Source: Squalus acanthias
Taxonomy: Eukaryota
Direction: 5' to 3'
NCBI GenBank assembly: GCA_030390025.1
Contig: CM059432.1
Location: forward strand, 104,906,001 to 104,970,000
Length of the DNA: 64,000 bases
Positions 24,581-37,140 of the stretch are shown piece by piece; within the stretch, counting starts at the first letter, position 1, and the number at the start of each line of letters is the position of its first letter. Both the position numbers and the translations under genes were made by a program. The notes below the pieces were generated by a model. The model was not told the origin of the DNA and ran no database searches. It saw nothing but the letters and a program-made list of their open reading frames with translations.

Positions 24581-27500
24581 AAGAACTGAAGAAAACTGGA
24601 AGAAAGGAATATAATCTGTGGTGTTTTTATTGAAATCTAACTTTTCAGAAGATTCCTTAAAAAAATAACCTGCCTGATGACCTAGTTATTTTTTTAAAAC
24701 ATGCCTGCTGTATGGGCAACATTTCTTTAAAATAAATATAATTCTTACATTGGTAGAAACTCTGCTGCAATCATTTCTTCAATAACTTCAGTATAAAGCA
24801 ACAAGTTTAACTCTGATTGATTATCTGCTCATTATTCAATACAGTGTTACAGAATCCTTTATAGCCTTTCATTTAAATCTTGACAAATAACTGATGGCGT
24901 CTGTGTGAAGTAGCAGCCCAATAGCCACTGTTTACTTTGTTACTGGTTTATGTTGTCAAGCTGATCTCAATGTTCAGAGACAATTGTGCGAATAAATAAT
25001 ATCCTATTTAGAAATCCATGTAAGTTAAATGTAAAAAATCTTTAGTAAGTTTTATCTGTACAGTACATCACCCTGAGCATCCTTTTTGACGTCAGGTAGG
25101 TTTACAGTGGGCTAGAGTGACTCCTGAAAGATTTAATTCCTGTGGATGTTTGGACTCCCATCAAAATGCCAGTCAAAGGCTTCAAATTCTTGTGCCTGCT
25201 TTTCCACTAAGAATTCTGGTGCTAGCAGTCAGGGCAACAGTCCAGAGGCTGTAGCCGTTGTACTGTTGTGAACTTCCGCTCCCTCCTGTTTAAGTACTTG
25301 TATAGAAAGCATAGATTTAGAGTCTCCATCAACCAGTTTTAACACTGGAACAATTGTAAATTCACTCAACTGGCTTTGTTAAAACAATTTTAATGCACAT
25401 GTTGCTGTTGACTAGTTACAAGCATTTGTGCTCATCAGCCAACAACAGGTTGTCTCTGACCATCAGCCAGTGAAAGGTTAAAGTACAAATGACGGTAGAG
25501 CCGCTAGTGCGTTTGCATTGATGTCGGCACATACAGTGTCTCGATGGTTAAATCATATTACTTGCAGTTTGAAGGAATGGATTAATGATGAGCTGCCAGT
25601 ATTTTTTTTTTTACGACTAGGGATTCAGCAACATCAATGTTTTTTGTTGTCCGCTTAAGCTGTCGTGATCTGGATTTAAGCTTTTGCTCTGCAGAAATCA
25701 GCCTTTATTCAGAACGTTTGCTGATTACAGTTTAATTGAAATTAAAAGCCTTCCAACAAATATAATAGACAATCCAAGAACAGATAAAAGCACAGAGTAT
25801 CTGCTCTGGGTGTAATTCTGATTTAGATCATGCTGCTGAATTTGAAGAGAGTTTGTTTATGTCTGAGTATCATATCTAACATATGGCAAATATAGTTAAA
25901 CTATGCTTTTATTGGTATTGTGTTAGCTTTTGTGGATTAGAAAAGGGTGTATTGTATTATTGTACTGTAAGAAACTTATGATGAATGGCTGCTTTGTTAA
26001 TGAAAGTCACTTGTGTACCCAAACTGATTCTCCCAGTAACATACCCTAAATTCATTGGACTTGTAGTATATACTTACATATTCCTGTTTAAAGGGTCATT
26101 CGGCTGATAGCAAGTTTGAGTTTAGTGTTCACAACAAACTATTAGTATTTTAAGGTTGTTAACTGTCAGAGTAGGTTTTGAGACTGATAAATCTAATTCC
26201 ACCAAGTTACACATTGGAGTGCGTTTTCTGTAATAATGTGCCAATAACTTAGCCACAATTGCTTTATCATCTGCACTGCACAGCCTGAGGATCCATTCAA
26301 TTCGGTTGTTGAATTACTAACTAGGTATAATCTATGTATGCAGATATTTTCACGTTCTAGTGTATAGTTTGCAAGCTGTGACAATGGCATTTTATTTCCC
26401 CCATTTGAAATCGTGGTCTATTGCATTTCTACTCCTTTTTGTAATGCAGAGGCACAGCACCCCCCTTGTACTTGTGGAAAAGTACCTTGACATAACAGTT
26501 CAGTGCTCAATTTCGATATCTTTTAAAAATTGCTGTGATAATGTGAACCAAGCCATTGGTATTGCCTGTTCCTTTTTATGTCTTTGCCAGGATTACTGCA
26601 TACCTAGACTACCATTTCTGAAAATGTTGCTTAGTTACCAATGGACTAACCATGACCTTTTGCATAGCTGAGATGTTTCCCATTGTGATCTGTTTCATTC
26701 TAGGCAATGCTATGTAAAATGAGTCTTGGAGTTGAGATTTGCTCTTTGTTGCTTTCTTTTCCCTGTGACCACTTTAGAAAATAGTTTCCATTTAGTACCA
26801 AAATTTGTCCTTCGTACTCTATTACTTCATACAAGACTTTTTCCACCAGTGTGTACAAATGTTTTTCAAAAGCAAATAAAAACAAACAATAAGGGATGAT
26901 TTACAGCAAGAATAGTCACTACATGGCTTTGGCAATCTGCAGTATTGCGTGCATTTCAGGTCCTAGACCCTGGTACGGGAACTTTTACAATGATCACGGT
27001 GTATTTTTCATTACGTTAAAGCTGCAGGATTTCCAGATGACCTTAAAGGCTTTGAATGTTTTCAAGAGTAATGCAGTACCTTATGTTTACCAGCCCATCA
27101 GTGACCAAGTGCACACACAGCAGCATCTGTAATTTTTGGTTGTAGTCTTAAGCGCAGTGATGAGCTGCTTGCTGAATGTGCAGCAACTGGTAGTTTTCAT
27201 TTAAAATAAAACTTATACTGATGCTACGCCAGTAATTTTATGGGACTGCCATTCATCACTATTAATGGCTTTAGAGTGGCACTGCTGCAGAAGTGCCGCA
27301 GTCATGCGAGAAGATCTAAGTGTTTATTTCAGTTTAGTCCCAGATTAAAAACACTTGATAGTCAGGTTCTACTCAAGTACTTCAATAAACTCTTGGGTGT
27401 GCTCCCTTGCAATATTGAGAATTATTGCCTCTTAGTAGTTGGGGTTTTCATTGTGCAATGCACAAGAGTGGCTGTCCAGACTTGCCATTTAGGCCTCATG

Positions 27501-29184
27501 CCATCATGAAAAAATTGATGCTTTGAAAATACAAACTTGCAGCAGTACTTGAAACTAGATGTGCCACTCCACAGCTTGGGAGTAGTTTGTGAATTTCAGA
27601 TGACTTACAGAATATTTATAGAAGAGCTCATTTAAATATTAATTGACAAATTAAGTTAAACCTGTTGAAGGGACCTTCGCACAACACTTACTTAAGCTCC
27701 TGGTGTATTTTAACTGGTTATCCATCTGTACCGCCTAAGCAGCCCTTGTATGGTAGAGTAGTTGTGCTGAGCCAATTCTGTCACTGCAGTTTTCATAAAA
27801 CTACATAGGCATCCAAGTAGCAAGTGTTGATTAAGTGCAGGCGACTTAACTCATGAATAAAGGACATGAGTGAGCCAGAAGTTCTTTCCACATGTTGCAT
27901 GAAAACAAACCTTGTTTTATCAGTTTCCACCATCGCCCCCCTCCCCCCCCAATACGCTATATAGAAAATACATCAAAGTTACCATATGGAAACAGGCCAT
28001 TCGGCCCATCTAGTACATGCTGACGCTTACCCTCCATGTGAGCAAATAGTTCGGCTTACATTTACCCACCCTGTTCCCATATCCCTTCAACCCCTTTTTC
28101 CTTCATCTGCCTATCAATCTAATCTTGACTGTTGACATAGTGCTTCAACTACTAATCCTGGAAGTGAATTCCACAGCCTCACAATTCTGTGTGAAGAAGA
28201 TTCTCCTACCCCCTGTTCTAACTGTCTTCCATTTAATCTTGTATATATGGCCCTTCGTTCTTGATCCCTTAACTGCTGAAAACCGTTTGCTTCTATCTAC
28301 CCTGTCCCAACCTCATAATTCTATCATATCACTTGTTTCTGCATTGCTCAAATGAAAAAACCTAATTTTTCAAGTCAAGTATTTGTATTCCTCATAGCAG
28401 GCAGCATGCTAGTGAATCTGCATTGTACCCTCCTAAAGCCTCAATATCTTTCCTATGTTATGGAGCCCAATATTGCACACAGTACGCATGCTGAGGTCTA
28501 AATAAGACTTTATATAGGCTCATCATTACCTCTTGGCTTTTATATTCTATACCCTTTGTCATAAAAGCTAGAATTCCATTAGCTTTGTTTTACAACCTTA
28601 TTAACCTGTGGTGCTGCCTTTAATGTCCTGTGAACTTGTATTTCCAAATCCCTCTGCGATTTCAGAGCACTGAGCCTACTTTTACTCAGTATAATTACTG
28701 GTGTTTTTTTTTACCAAAATGTATCAAATCACACTTACTGACATTGAATTCCATCTGCCACTCCTTTTAGCCCATTCCCCCATCTTATCCATATTATTTT
28801 GTAGCCTCCCTTGACCTTCTAAAGAACTAACTATATTACTCCTATTTTTATCATCTGCAAATTTCGACACCACTCCCTCGAGGCCTATATCCAAATAATT
28901 GATAAACACAGTGAACAGTCGTGGCCCCAGAACTGAACCCTGTGGGGCACCAATACCCACTTCCAACCACGCAGACACTGAACTCTAGTTTTTTCTCTTC
29001 TAACCAATTTTTAAAACAGTTTGCTATCCTCCTCCTAATTCCATACCCCATAATCTTATCTAACAATCTCCCATGTGGTACCTTGCCAAGTCCATGTACA
29101 TTACATCCACTGCATTTCCTTATCTGTTACTTCCTCAAAGAATTCCATGAGGTTTGCCAAGCATGATTATCCCGTTGGAAATTG

Positions 29185-30682
29185 GGTGTTGTATGGGAAC
29201 CCGCATGGCTCCAAGCTATGCCTGCCTTTTCGTGGGATATGTGGAACATTCTTTATTCCAGTCCTACTCAGGTCCCCTCTCTCACCTCTTTTTCCGGTAC
29301 ATTGATGACTATCAGTGCCATTTCCTGCTCTCGCCCTGAACTGGAAAATGTCATTCACTTTACTTCCAATTTCCACCCTTCCCTCACCTTCACATGGTCC
29401 ATCGTCGACTCTTCCCTTCCTCGACTTCTCTGTCTCCATTTCTGTGGATAAGCTATCGACCAACATCCACTATAAGCCCACTGACTCCCACAACTACCTG
29501 GACTACACTTCATCCCACCCCGCCTCCTGTAAGGACTCTCTTCCATTTTCCCAGTTTCTCTGTCGCATCTGTTCTGACGATGCCACCTTCCATACTAGTG
29601 CTTCCGATAGGTCTTCCTTTTTCCTCAACCGAGGATTCCTCTTTACCGTGGTTGACATGGCCCTCAACTGTGTCCGTTGCAATTCCCGCACTTCTGTTCT
29701 CACCCCTTCCCCTCCCAGAACCATGATAGGGTTCCCCTTGTCCTCACCTTTCACCCCACGGATCATCCTCCGCCATTTCCGCCACCTCTTCTGTGATCCC
29801 ACCACCAAACACATCTTTCACTCCCCTCCCCTTTCAGCATTCCGAAGGGACCGCTCCCTCCACGACACCCTGGTCCACTCTTCAATCACCTCAAACAGCC
29901 CCTCCCCTTCCCACAGCACCTTCCCGTGCAAGCGCAGGAGATGCAACACCTGCCCTTTTACCTCCTCCCTTCCCACTGTCCAGGGCCCCAAACACTCCTT
30001 CCAGGTGAAGCAGTGATTTACTTGTACTTCTTGCAATTTAGTATACTGTATTCACTGCTCACGATGTGGTCTCCTCTACATTGGGGAGACCAAAAGACAG
30101 ATTGGGTGACCACTTTGCGGAACACCTTCGTTCAGTCCGCAATCGTGATACCAAGCTTCCTGCCGCCTGTCATTTTAATTCTCCGTTCCACTCCCACCTC
30201 TCCACCCCCAGCCTCTTAAACTGATCCAACAAAGCTCAACGTAAGCATGAGGAACAGCACCTCATCTTTCTATTAGGCACTTTACAGACTTCTGGACTTA
30301 ACATCGAGTTCAACAATTTCAGACCATAACCTCTGTCCCTATTTTTTCCAGATGGCAGCTGTTGATGATTCTGCCATTCCCATTTACACCTCTTCTAGAC
30401 CCATCTTTTGTTTCTTTACTTGTCCCATTACCATCTCCTTTTGTTTTGTACAATCATTCCTTTTGTCATTTAATCACTCCTGCCTTCCACCCTATCACAG
30501 ACCTTCCCTTTTGTTCTTTCCTCCCCTCCCCCCTTTCCTGCCCCTGCACTTGCTTAAAATCAGTTATCTCTAACTTTTCCCAGTTCTGACGAAGGGTCAT
30601 CGACCTGAAACGTTAACTCTGTTTCTCTCTCCACAGATGCTGCCTGACCTGCTGAGTATTTCCAGCATTTTCTGTTTTTATT
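29185..30682 (+). mobile_element. Penelope-like element (Neptune-type), 5'-truncated
   Basis: MGTRMAPSYACLFVG..FFRYIDD, HYKPTDSHNYLDY, Cys-rich linker FPCKRRRCNTC and GIY-YIG VYCIHCSRCGLLYIGET. TSD CCGTTGGAAATTG (29172-29184) / CCTTTGGAAATTG (30683-30695). Confidence 0.92.
30582..30618 (+). ncRNA. Minimal type-I hammerhead ribozyme motif with an intact core
   Basis: AGTT (stem I), CTGACGA, A, GGGTC-ATC-GACCT (stem II), GAA, ACGT (palindromic stem III), T, AACT (stem I'). Confidence 0.65.
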
Positions 30683-30733
30683 CCTTTGGAAATTGTGCTG
30701 GCTACTTCTATTTTCTCTTTATCTAGACACTCT

Positions 30734-31049
30734 GGGGGGAATTTTGCCAGCCCTGGGGAGGCAGGCATGGAGGCGGGACTGCCGGGAAAATGGCAGAAAC
30801 TGGGAGTGGGTACTGAACCCGCTCCCAGCCCGCCTCCGTGCCATCTTCCCGGGAGGCGGGTTTTGACAGATGAAACGTCATCCGCTGACGTCCTCTGTCA
30901 CCGGCTTTCCCTTAGTTGGCCGGCTAAGCCCGCAGGGCGGGCTTAACAAAGTCAATCAAGGGAAAATAGCGTGGGTCGGCCGGACGCGTTGGGGGCAGGA
31001 CTGAAACTCGACAACTAGCAGTCCCGCCCCCAACGAGAAAATCCAGCCC
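30734..31049. mobile_element. Harbinger-like MITE
   Basis: TIRs GGGGGGAATTTT and, as reverse complement, GGGCTGGATTTT. GC/CpG-rich interior with GGCGGG/CCCGCC repeats. No clear TSD. Confidence 0.6.
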
Positions 31050-31734
31050 ATAATAATTTCATCCTTAATTAAGGACTCTTTTTTTAAAAAATCTCTACCA
31101 CAGATGTTAAGCTAACTGGCCTGTAATTACCCAGATTAACTCTGTCTCCCTTTTTAAAAATAGGTACTGTATTAACCACTCTCCAGTCCTCTGGTACACA
31201 TCCACTTTCATTAGAGCCCTGAAATATAATTCCAAGGGCCCCTGCCGTTTCCTCCCTCAGGATCCTGTCAGGCCCTAGCTGCTTCGCCTTCTATCCATCA
31301 CAATTCTCTCCCACCTCACTCTCGACTACTTCAGGATTCACCTCCGCTGAGATCCTTCCCTTTAGTAAAGACCGATGCAAACATAATTTTTAAAAGACAA
31401 TTAGATAAATATGTGAAAAAGAAAAACTTAAAAGGATAGTTCTTTGAGAGTAAGAATATGTGCGATGGGCCAAATGGCTTCCGTTTAAAAGTCAAGGATT
31501 TTTTTTCCCCCAGAGTGATCAGGTGATTCCAGGCCTTGGAGACTAGTTATGAAGAAAGGTTCAAGTGATTAAATTTACTTTCGCTGGAGAAAGGACTGAG
31601 AGGAGGCATGGTAACAGGTCTTTAAAATAATGAAAGGTAAATTTAAAATACTACTTCTCAAAAAGCAAGCTATTTAACTCGGACAATAAGTATAGGACAT
31701 GAGTACAAAATTCACAAGCCTTCAGCGAGATTAA

Positions 31735-32079
31735 GGTGATTGGCAGAAGAACCAAAGACGACATGAGGGAAAACTTTTTTACGCAGCGAGTGGTTGAGAT
31801 CTGGAATGCACTGCCTGAAAGGGTGGTGGAGGCAGATTCAATCGTGGCTTTCAAAAGGGAATTGGATAAGTACCTGAAGGAGAGGGCTGTGGAGGCTCCG
31901 TCGTTGAGTGTATTCAAGACAGAGAGCGATAGATTTTTGAATATTAAGGGAATTAAGGGATATGAGGATAGTGCAGGAAAGTGGAGATGAGGTAGAAGAT
32001 CAGCCATGATCTTATTGAATGGCGGAGCAGGCTCGAAGGGCCAAATGGCCTACTTCTGCTCCTATTTCTTATGTTCTTA
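31735..32079 (+). mobile_element. Two abutting CR1 3' fragments
   Basis: RENFFTQRVVEIWNALP..FKRELDKYL is followed directly by a second RAVEA..SVFKTESDRFL..GIKGY segment and the tail TTCTTATGTTCTTA. Confidence 0.85.
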
Positions 32080-33820
32080 AAGTACTTATTAAATACCGTT
32101 GCCATTTTTTGATCATCATCTACAAATTGACAGGAGCCCCACCTCAATTTTGACAATTCTATTTTTACCGATAAACTTCACTGTTCCTTTTGATTTAAAA
32201 AAAAAATCCTCATACTTTATCCCACTCTTAACCTTTTATTTTCTCATTCTGGTGTTCTAGTTTTTATACTGATATTTCCCTTTCTAGTTGGATCTTAACC
32301 GGTATCATTGCGGTCACTACACCACCCAAGGTGCTCACGCACATTTAGCTCATCTACTCAATCCGTTTCATTACTCAAACTAATTCAGCCGCCGCCCTTA
32401 TGCGCCTACTAAGATGATGCTTGAGGAAGGAGCCCTGTACAAATTTTAGGAATTCCATTCCCTTTGCTCTGTTTACTCTCTCTTGGTCCCAATTGATAAG
32501 TGGATAATTGACTGGTCTTAGTGGTCTTGCATCGTGTTAAAATTTCTGGATACACGGTCATACTGAGGTTGCATCAGTAATTGAAAGCAAGCTTAAGTTT
32601 CTAATAACCAGTAACATAGTCTGACTGTACAACAATGTAAAAAATGTGCTAATAAAAAAATTAAGAAAATCTGGCTAGTGACAAGCCTATCAATGGTTAC
32701 TCTGGATTTTGCAATGGCACGTTCAGTGGACAAGGATGCACATTTGTTGATGCAGCTTTTGCTATTATCTAATAGGCGTTACCATAAACTTCATTCTCCT
32801 GCAGCTCTTAATGAGTCTATTAATAAATCCCATCCTTGCACAGCAACTGTAAATCAGTAGTGTGTGAAGTAATTAATGAAGTTGAAGTTTCAAAGCAAGC
32901 TAATGGAGAACCTGAGCATGATATTTGCATTTATATCCCAAGTTGTCCAGTCAGATGACACCATCACTCAAAAGCTGTAGAGAAAGGTCTGGGAAGAAAT
33001 TACACATAGCAGGAATCAGGCATTCAAGCCCCATTCCCCTCCATCCCAAGTAACCAGTTCTTGAATGGTGCTTTGTCATCTTTGTGACGCTCCTGTGAAG
33101 CGCCTTGGGACATTTTACTACGTTAAAGACGCTATATAAATACAAGTAGTTGTTGTTATTGAGGGGTACAGAGTGGAACACAATTCTTTTAGTGAAGGAG
33201 GGGAAAGAGATGGATGACTCAGCATGGCGTGCGACAGTATTCGAATACAGGTAGGCATTGGGGATTGTATAAACTGGCTGGCCAAAAAAACCCTGATGCA
33301 ATTCGAACACATTGGAGTTTCTTTCAGCTCCAGTAGGTCACCACACTGCGCAGGTTGTATTAAAATATGCAATTCTTGGACAAATCCAGAAGCATGTGTC
33401 ATGGGTGAGGTAGGAATGTTTTGTTCCACAACCTGACGAGGAGTCTATTATACATCACTTCTTGGAACCTTGTTTGTGCTTCATGATTTGTTTTTGTTAA
33501 CGTTTTACTAGATTAAAGGCGCTATATAAATGCAAGTTGTTGTGTGTCTGATTTCAGGTGGGGAAAGGGTCGAGAACAGGATTGACTTGCTAATTCTACA
33601 GATGCATGCTAGCTTCTGCAGCTGTTTGAGCAGTTTAGTGACCATCTATATTTAATGCCTAATTTCCTATATTGGTGCTTGCCCCCACCCCACCACACCC
33701 ACTACTGCATCACATGATAGCACAACATTAGCAAAAGTCCAGAGAGGTTCTAGACTACCTGAAATGTATGCATTTAATTTGCAGTGGGATAATCGGAGCA
33801 ATCTGTGTGGGCTTAATTTC

Positions 33821-35810
33821 TTTTTATTCATTCATGGGATGTGGGTGTCACTGGCAAGGCCAACATTTATTGCCCATCCTAATTGCCCTCGAGAGGTTGT
33901 GGTGAGCCATCTTCTTGAATCGCTGCAGTCCGTGAGGTGAAGGTTCCCACAGTGCTGTTAGGGAGGGAGTTTCACGAGGTACTGTCGAAGAAACCTTGGC
34001 GAGTTGCTGCAGTGCATCTTGTAGATGGTACACACTGCAGACACGGTGCGCCAGTGGTGGAGGGAGTGGTGGTGGATGGGGTGCCAATTAAGCAGGGTGC
34101 TTTGTCCTGGATGGCGTCAAGCTTCGAGTGTTGTTGGAGCTGCACTCATCCAGGCAAGTGGAGAGTATTCCCTCGCACTCCTGGCTTGTGCCTTGTAGCT
34201 GGTGGAAAGGCTTTGGGGAGTCAGGAGGGGAGATACTCGCCACAGAATACCCAGCCTCTGACCAGCTCTTGTAGCCACAGTATTTATGTGGTTAGTCCAG
34301 TTAAGTTTCTGGTCAATGGTGACCCCCCAGGATGTTGATGGTGGGGGATTTGGTGATGGTAATCCTGTTCAGTGTCAAGGGGAAGTGGTTAGATGCTTTT
34401 GTTGGAGATAGTCATTGCCTGGCACTTGTGTGGCATGAATGTTACTTGCCACCTACCAGCCCAAGCCTGAATGTTGTGCAGGTCTTGCTGCATGCGTGCA
34501 TGGGTTGCTTCATTATCTGAGGAGTTGCAAATGGAACTGAACACTGCAGTCATCAGCGAATATCCCCACTTCTGACCTTATGACGGAGGGAAAGTCATTA
34601 ATGAAGCAGCTGAAGCTGGTTGGGCTGAGGACACTGCCCTGAGGAACTCCTGCAGCGTTATCCTGGGACCGAGATGATTGGCTTCCAACAACCACAACCA
34701 TCTTCCTTTGTGGTAGGTATGACTCCATCCAGCGGAGAGTTTCCCCCCCCGATTCCCATTAACTTCAATTTTACTCAGGCTCCTTGATGCCACACTCGGC
34801 CAAAAGTTGCCTTGAGGTCAAGGGCAGTCACTCTCCCCTCACCTCTAGAATTCAGCTCTTTTGTCCAAAGCTGTAATGAGGTCGGGAGCAGAGTGGTCCT
34901 GGTGGAATCCAAACTGAGCTTCGTTGAGCAGGTTATTGGTGAGTGAGTGCCGCTTCATGGCACTGTCGACAACACCTTCCATCACTTTGCAGATGATTGA
35001 GAGTAGGCTGATGGGGCGGTACTTGGCCGGATTGGATTTGTCCTGCTTTTTGTGAACAGTGCATACCTGGGGAATTTTCCACTTTGTTGGATAGATGCCA
35101 GTGTTGTAGCTGTACTGGAACAGCTTGGCTAGAAGTGCGGCTAGTTCTGGAGCGCAAGTCTTCAGCACTACAGCCGGGATATAGTCTGGGCCCATAGCCT
35201 TTGCTGTATCCAGTGCGCTCAGCCGTTTCTTGTTATCACATGGAGTGAATCGAATTGGCTTCTGTGATGGTGGGGACCTCAGGAGTAGGCCAAGATGGAT
35301 CTTCCATTCGGCACGCCTGGCTGCAAACGCTTTAGCCTTGTCTTTTGCACTCGCGTGCTGGGCTCCACCATTATCGAGGATGGGGATGTTCATGGAGCCT
35401 CACCTCTCATTAGTTGTTTAATTGTCCACCACCATTCACGACTGGATGTGACAGGACTGCAAAGCTTTGATCTAATCTGTTGGTTGTGGGATAGCTTAGC
35501 TCTGTCTATAATATGTTGTTTCCACTGTTTAGCATGTATATAGTCCTGTGTTGTAGCTTCACCAGGTTGGCACTCATTTTTAGGTACACCTGGTGCAGCT
35601 CCTGGCATGCTCTTCTGCACGCCTCATTGAACCAGGGTTGGTCCCCTGGCTTGATGGTAATGGCAGAGTGAAGAATATGCTGGGCCATGAGGTTACAGAT
35701 TGTGGTGGTATACAATTCTGCTGCTGCTGATGGCTCACAGCGCCTCATGGATGGCCAGTTTTGAGCTGCTAGATCTGTTCTGAATCTATTCCATTTAGCA
35801 CGGTGGTAAC
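33821..35810 (-). mobile_element. CR1-clade LINE of a second family, distinct from the HER1 type
   Basis: KAMGPDYIP..LKTCAPEL, YRPISLLSII.KVME, QFGF, GVPQGSVLSP..FIND..IFADD. The 3' end reads CACATCCCATGAATGAATAAAAA. Confidence 0.85.
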
Positions 35811-35834
35811 GCGATGGAGGGTTGAAGAGCCAGT

Positions 35835-36193
35835 GTCTTCGGTCCCCCGCCACGAACACCTTTCTCTAACCACCGACTCAATCCCTCTCCCTGGCAACTG
35901 TCTGAGGCTGAACAAGACTGTTTGCAACCTTGGTGTCTTATCTGACCCCGAGATGAGCTTCCGCCCACATATCCGCGCCATCACAAAGACTGCCCATTTC
36001 CACCTCCGTAACTCCGCCCCACTTCAGCTCATCTGATGCTCAAACCCTCATCCCTGCCTTTGTTACCTCTAGACTTGACTATTCCAACGCACTCCTGGCC
36101 GACCTCTCACGTTCTGCCCTCTAAACTGGAGGTCATCCAAAACTCTGCTGCCAGTGTCCTAACTTGCAACAAGTCCCGTTCACCCATCACCTG
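35835..36193 (+). mobile_element. L2 LINE fragment
   Basis: DSIPLPGNCLRLNKTVCNLGV..FRPHIRAITKTAHFHLRN and KLEVIQNSAA. Confidence 0.85.
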
Positions 36194-36432
36194 TTGCTTG
36201 ACTAGTCTGTGGGACAGCTCTCCCAATGAAAATCCAGTCCCCATGTTTAAGGTTTCTCAGAATTATCTTCCAACTGTGATTGAGCAGAACAGCATATAGG
36301 ATTTGAAATAAGTGTTTGTCATCTTATCCTTTGATGCAATAAACCAATTAGGATGCTTTTTGTTTTGGTTTTTTTTTAAAAAGTAATGGGAACAAGTGCT
36401 GAGTTTTGAATTTGCTAAGAACTAGACACATA

Positions 36433-36870
36433 GGGGGTTATTTTAACAGGAGGGCAGGATCGGTGTATGGGAGGCCCGACGCGGATAATGTACCCAGAAG
36501 TTTGAAGTGAGGCCCGGCTGATTTTAATTGTCGGCCCTAATTTTAACATTAATTAAATTTGGTGAGAACTGCATTAAGGCTGGAAGTCAGGAGATGGAAT
36601 TGGGGCGGGTGCTGCCCTCCCGCCAGGTACCTAAGGGAACGGGCCCCAGCATAAGGTAAATGCTGGGGGGAGGGGGGAGGGGCTCAATTATCTGCCCACG
36701 GAATTTCCCATCATTCAGCTGTTAATTAATGGACCACTACTTGTCCCTGTTGCGGTCAGCAGGGGAGCTCCAGGGTGTGTATCTCGGTATTTGCGCTAGG
36801 ATGCGTCGCCCTCCCCCCAGCCACCCCATGGGATGATTGTTGGGGCCACACTCCATTGTCAAATATTAGC
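36433..36870. mobile_element. Harbinger-like MITE remnant
   Basis: Starts GGGGGTTATTTT, identical to the end at 19758, and is GC-rich. Right TIR not identifiable. Confidence 0.4.
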
Positions 36871-37014
36871 TTGTTTCAGTTAGTAATAATGCCACCCAAG
36901 TCAGAATGAAGGTGTATTATGAAGAGTTCAGAGAAGCGTGACCAGGATAATTCCAGGCTTCAGAATACTAAGTTATGAAAAAAAGGAAGGGAAAGGAAGG
37001 AATGGAAGTGGAGT

Positions 37015-37140
37015 CAATTATGTAGGCAATTTTGCATCCAATTTGTCCCACAAGGTCCCACATACAGCAATGACAATAACCAGATAATTTGTTTTGATGG
37101 TTCTGGTTGAGGGGTAAATGTTGGCCAGGACACTGGATAA
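37015..37140 (-). mobile_element. Deu-domain SINE fragment
   Basis: CCAATTTG..CACAAGGTCCCACA..ACAGCAATG..GGTTGAGGGGTAAATGTTGGCCAGGACAC. Confidence 0.65.

Larger units (their letters stand above)
27960..32400 (-). mobile_element. Old CR1 LINE broken by later insertions
   Basis: 3' tail at ~27960-28010. RT motif GAPQGSVLGPRLFTVFINYLD..VSKFADD (ORF 28724-28978). The element resumes at ~30696 and ~31050-31385, with KMATVFNKYF at ~32085-32115 and an EHLG..SD endonuclease-like remnant at ~32310-32345. Confidence 0.7.

Noticed and set aside
31988..32000. let-7-like TGAGGTAG seed
   Set aside because: It is part of the CR1 3'UTR (also at ~52760), with no let-7 body or hairpin.
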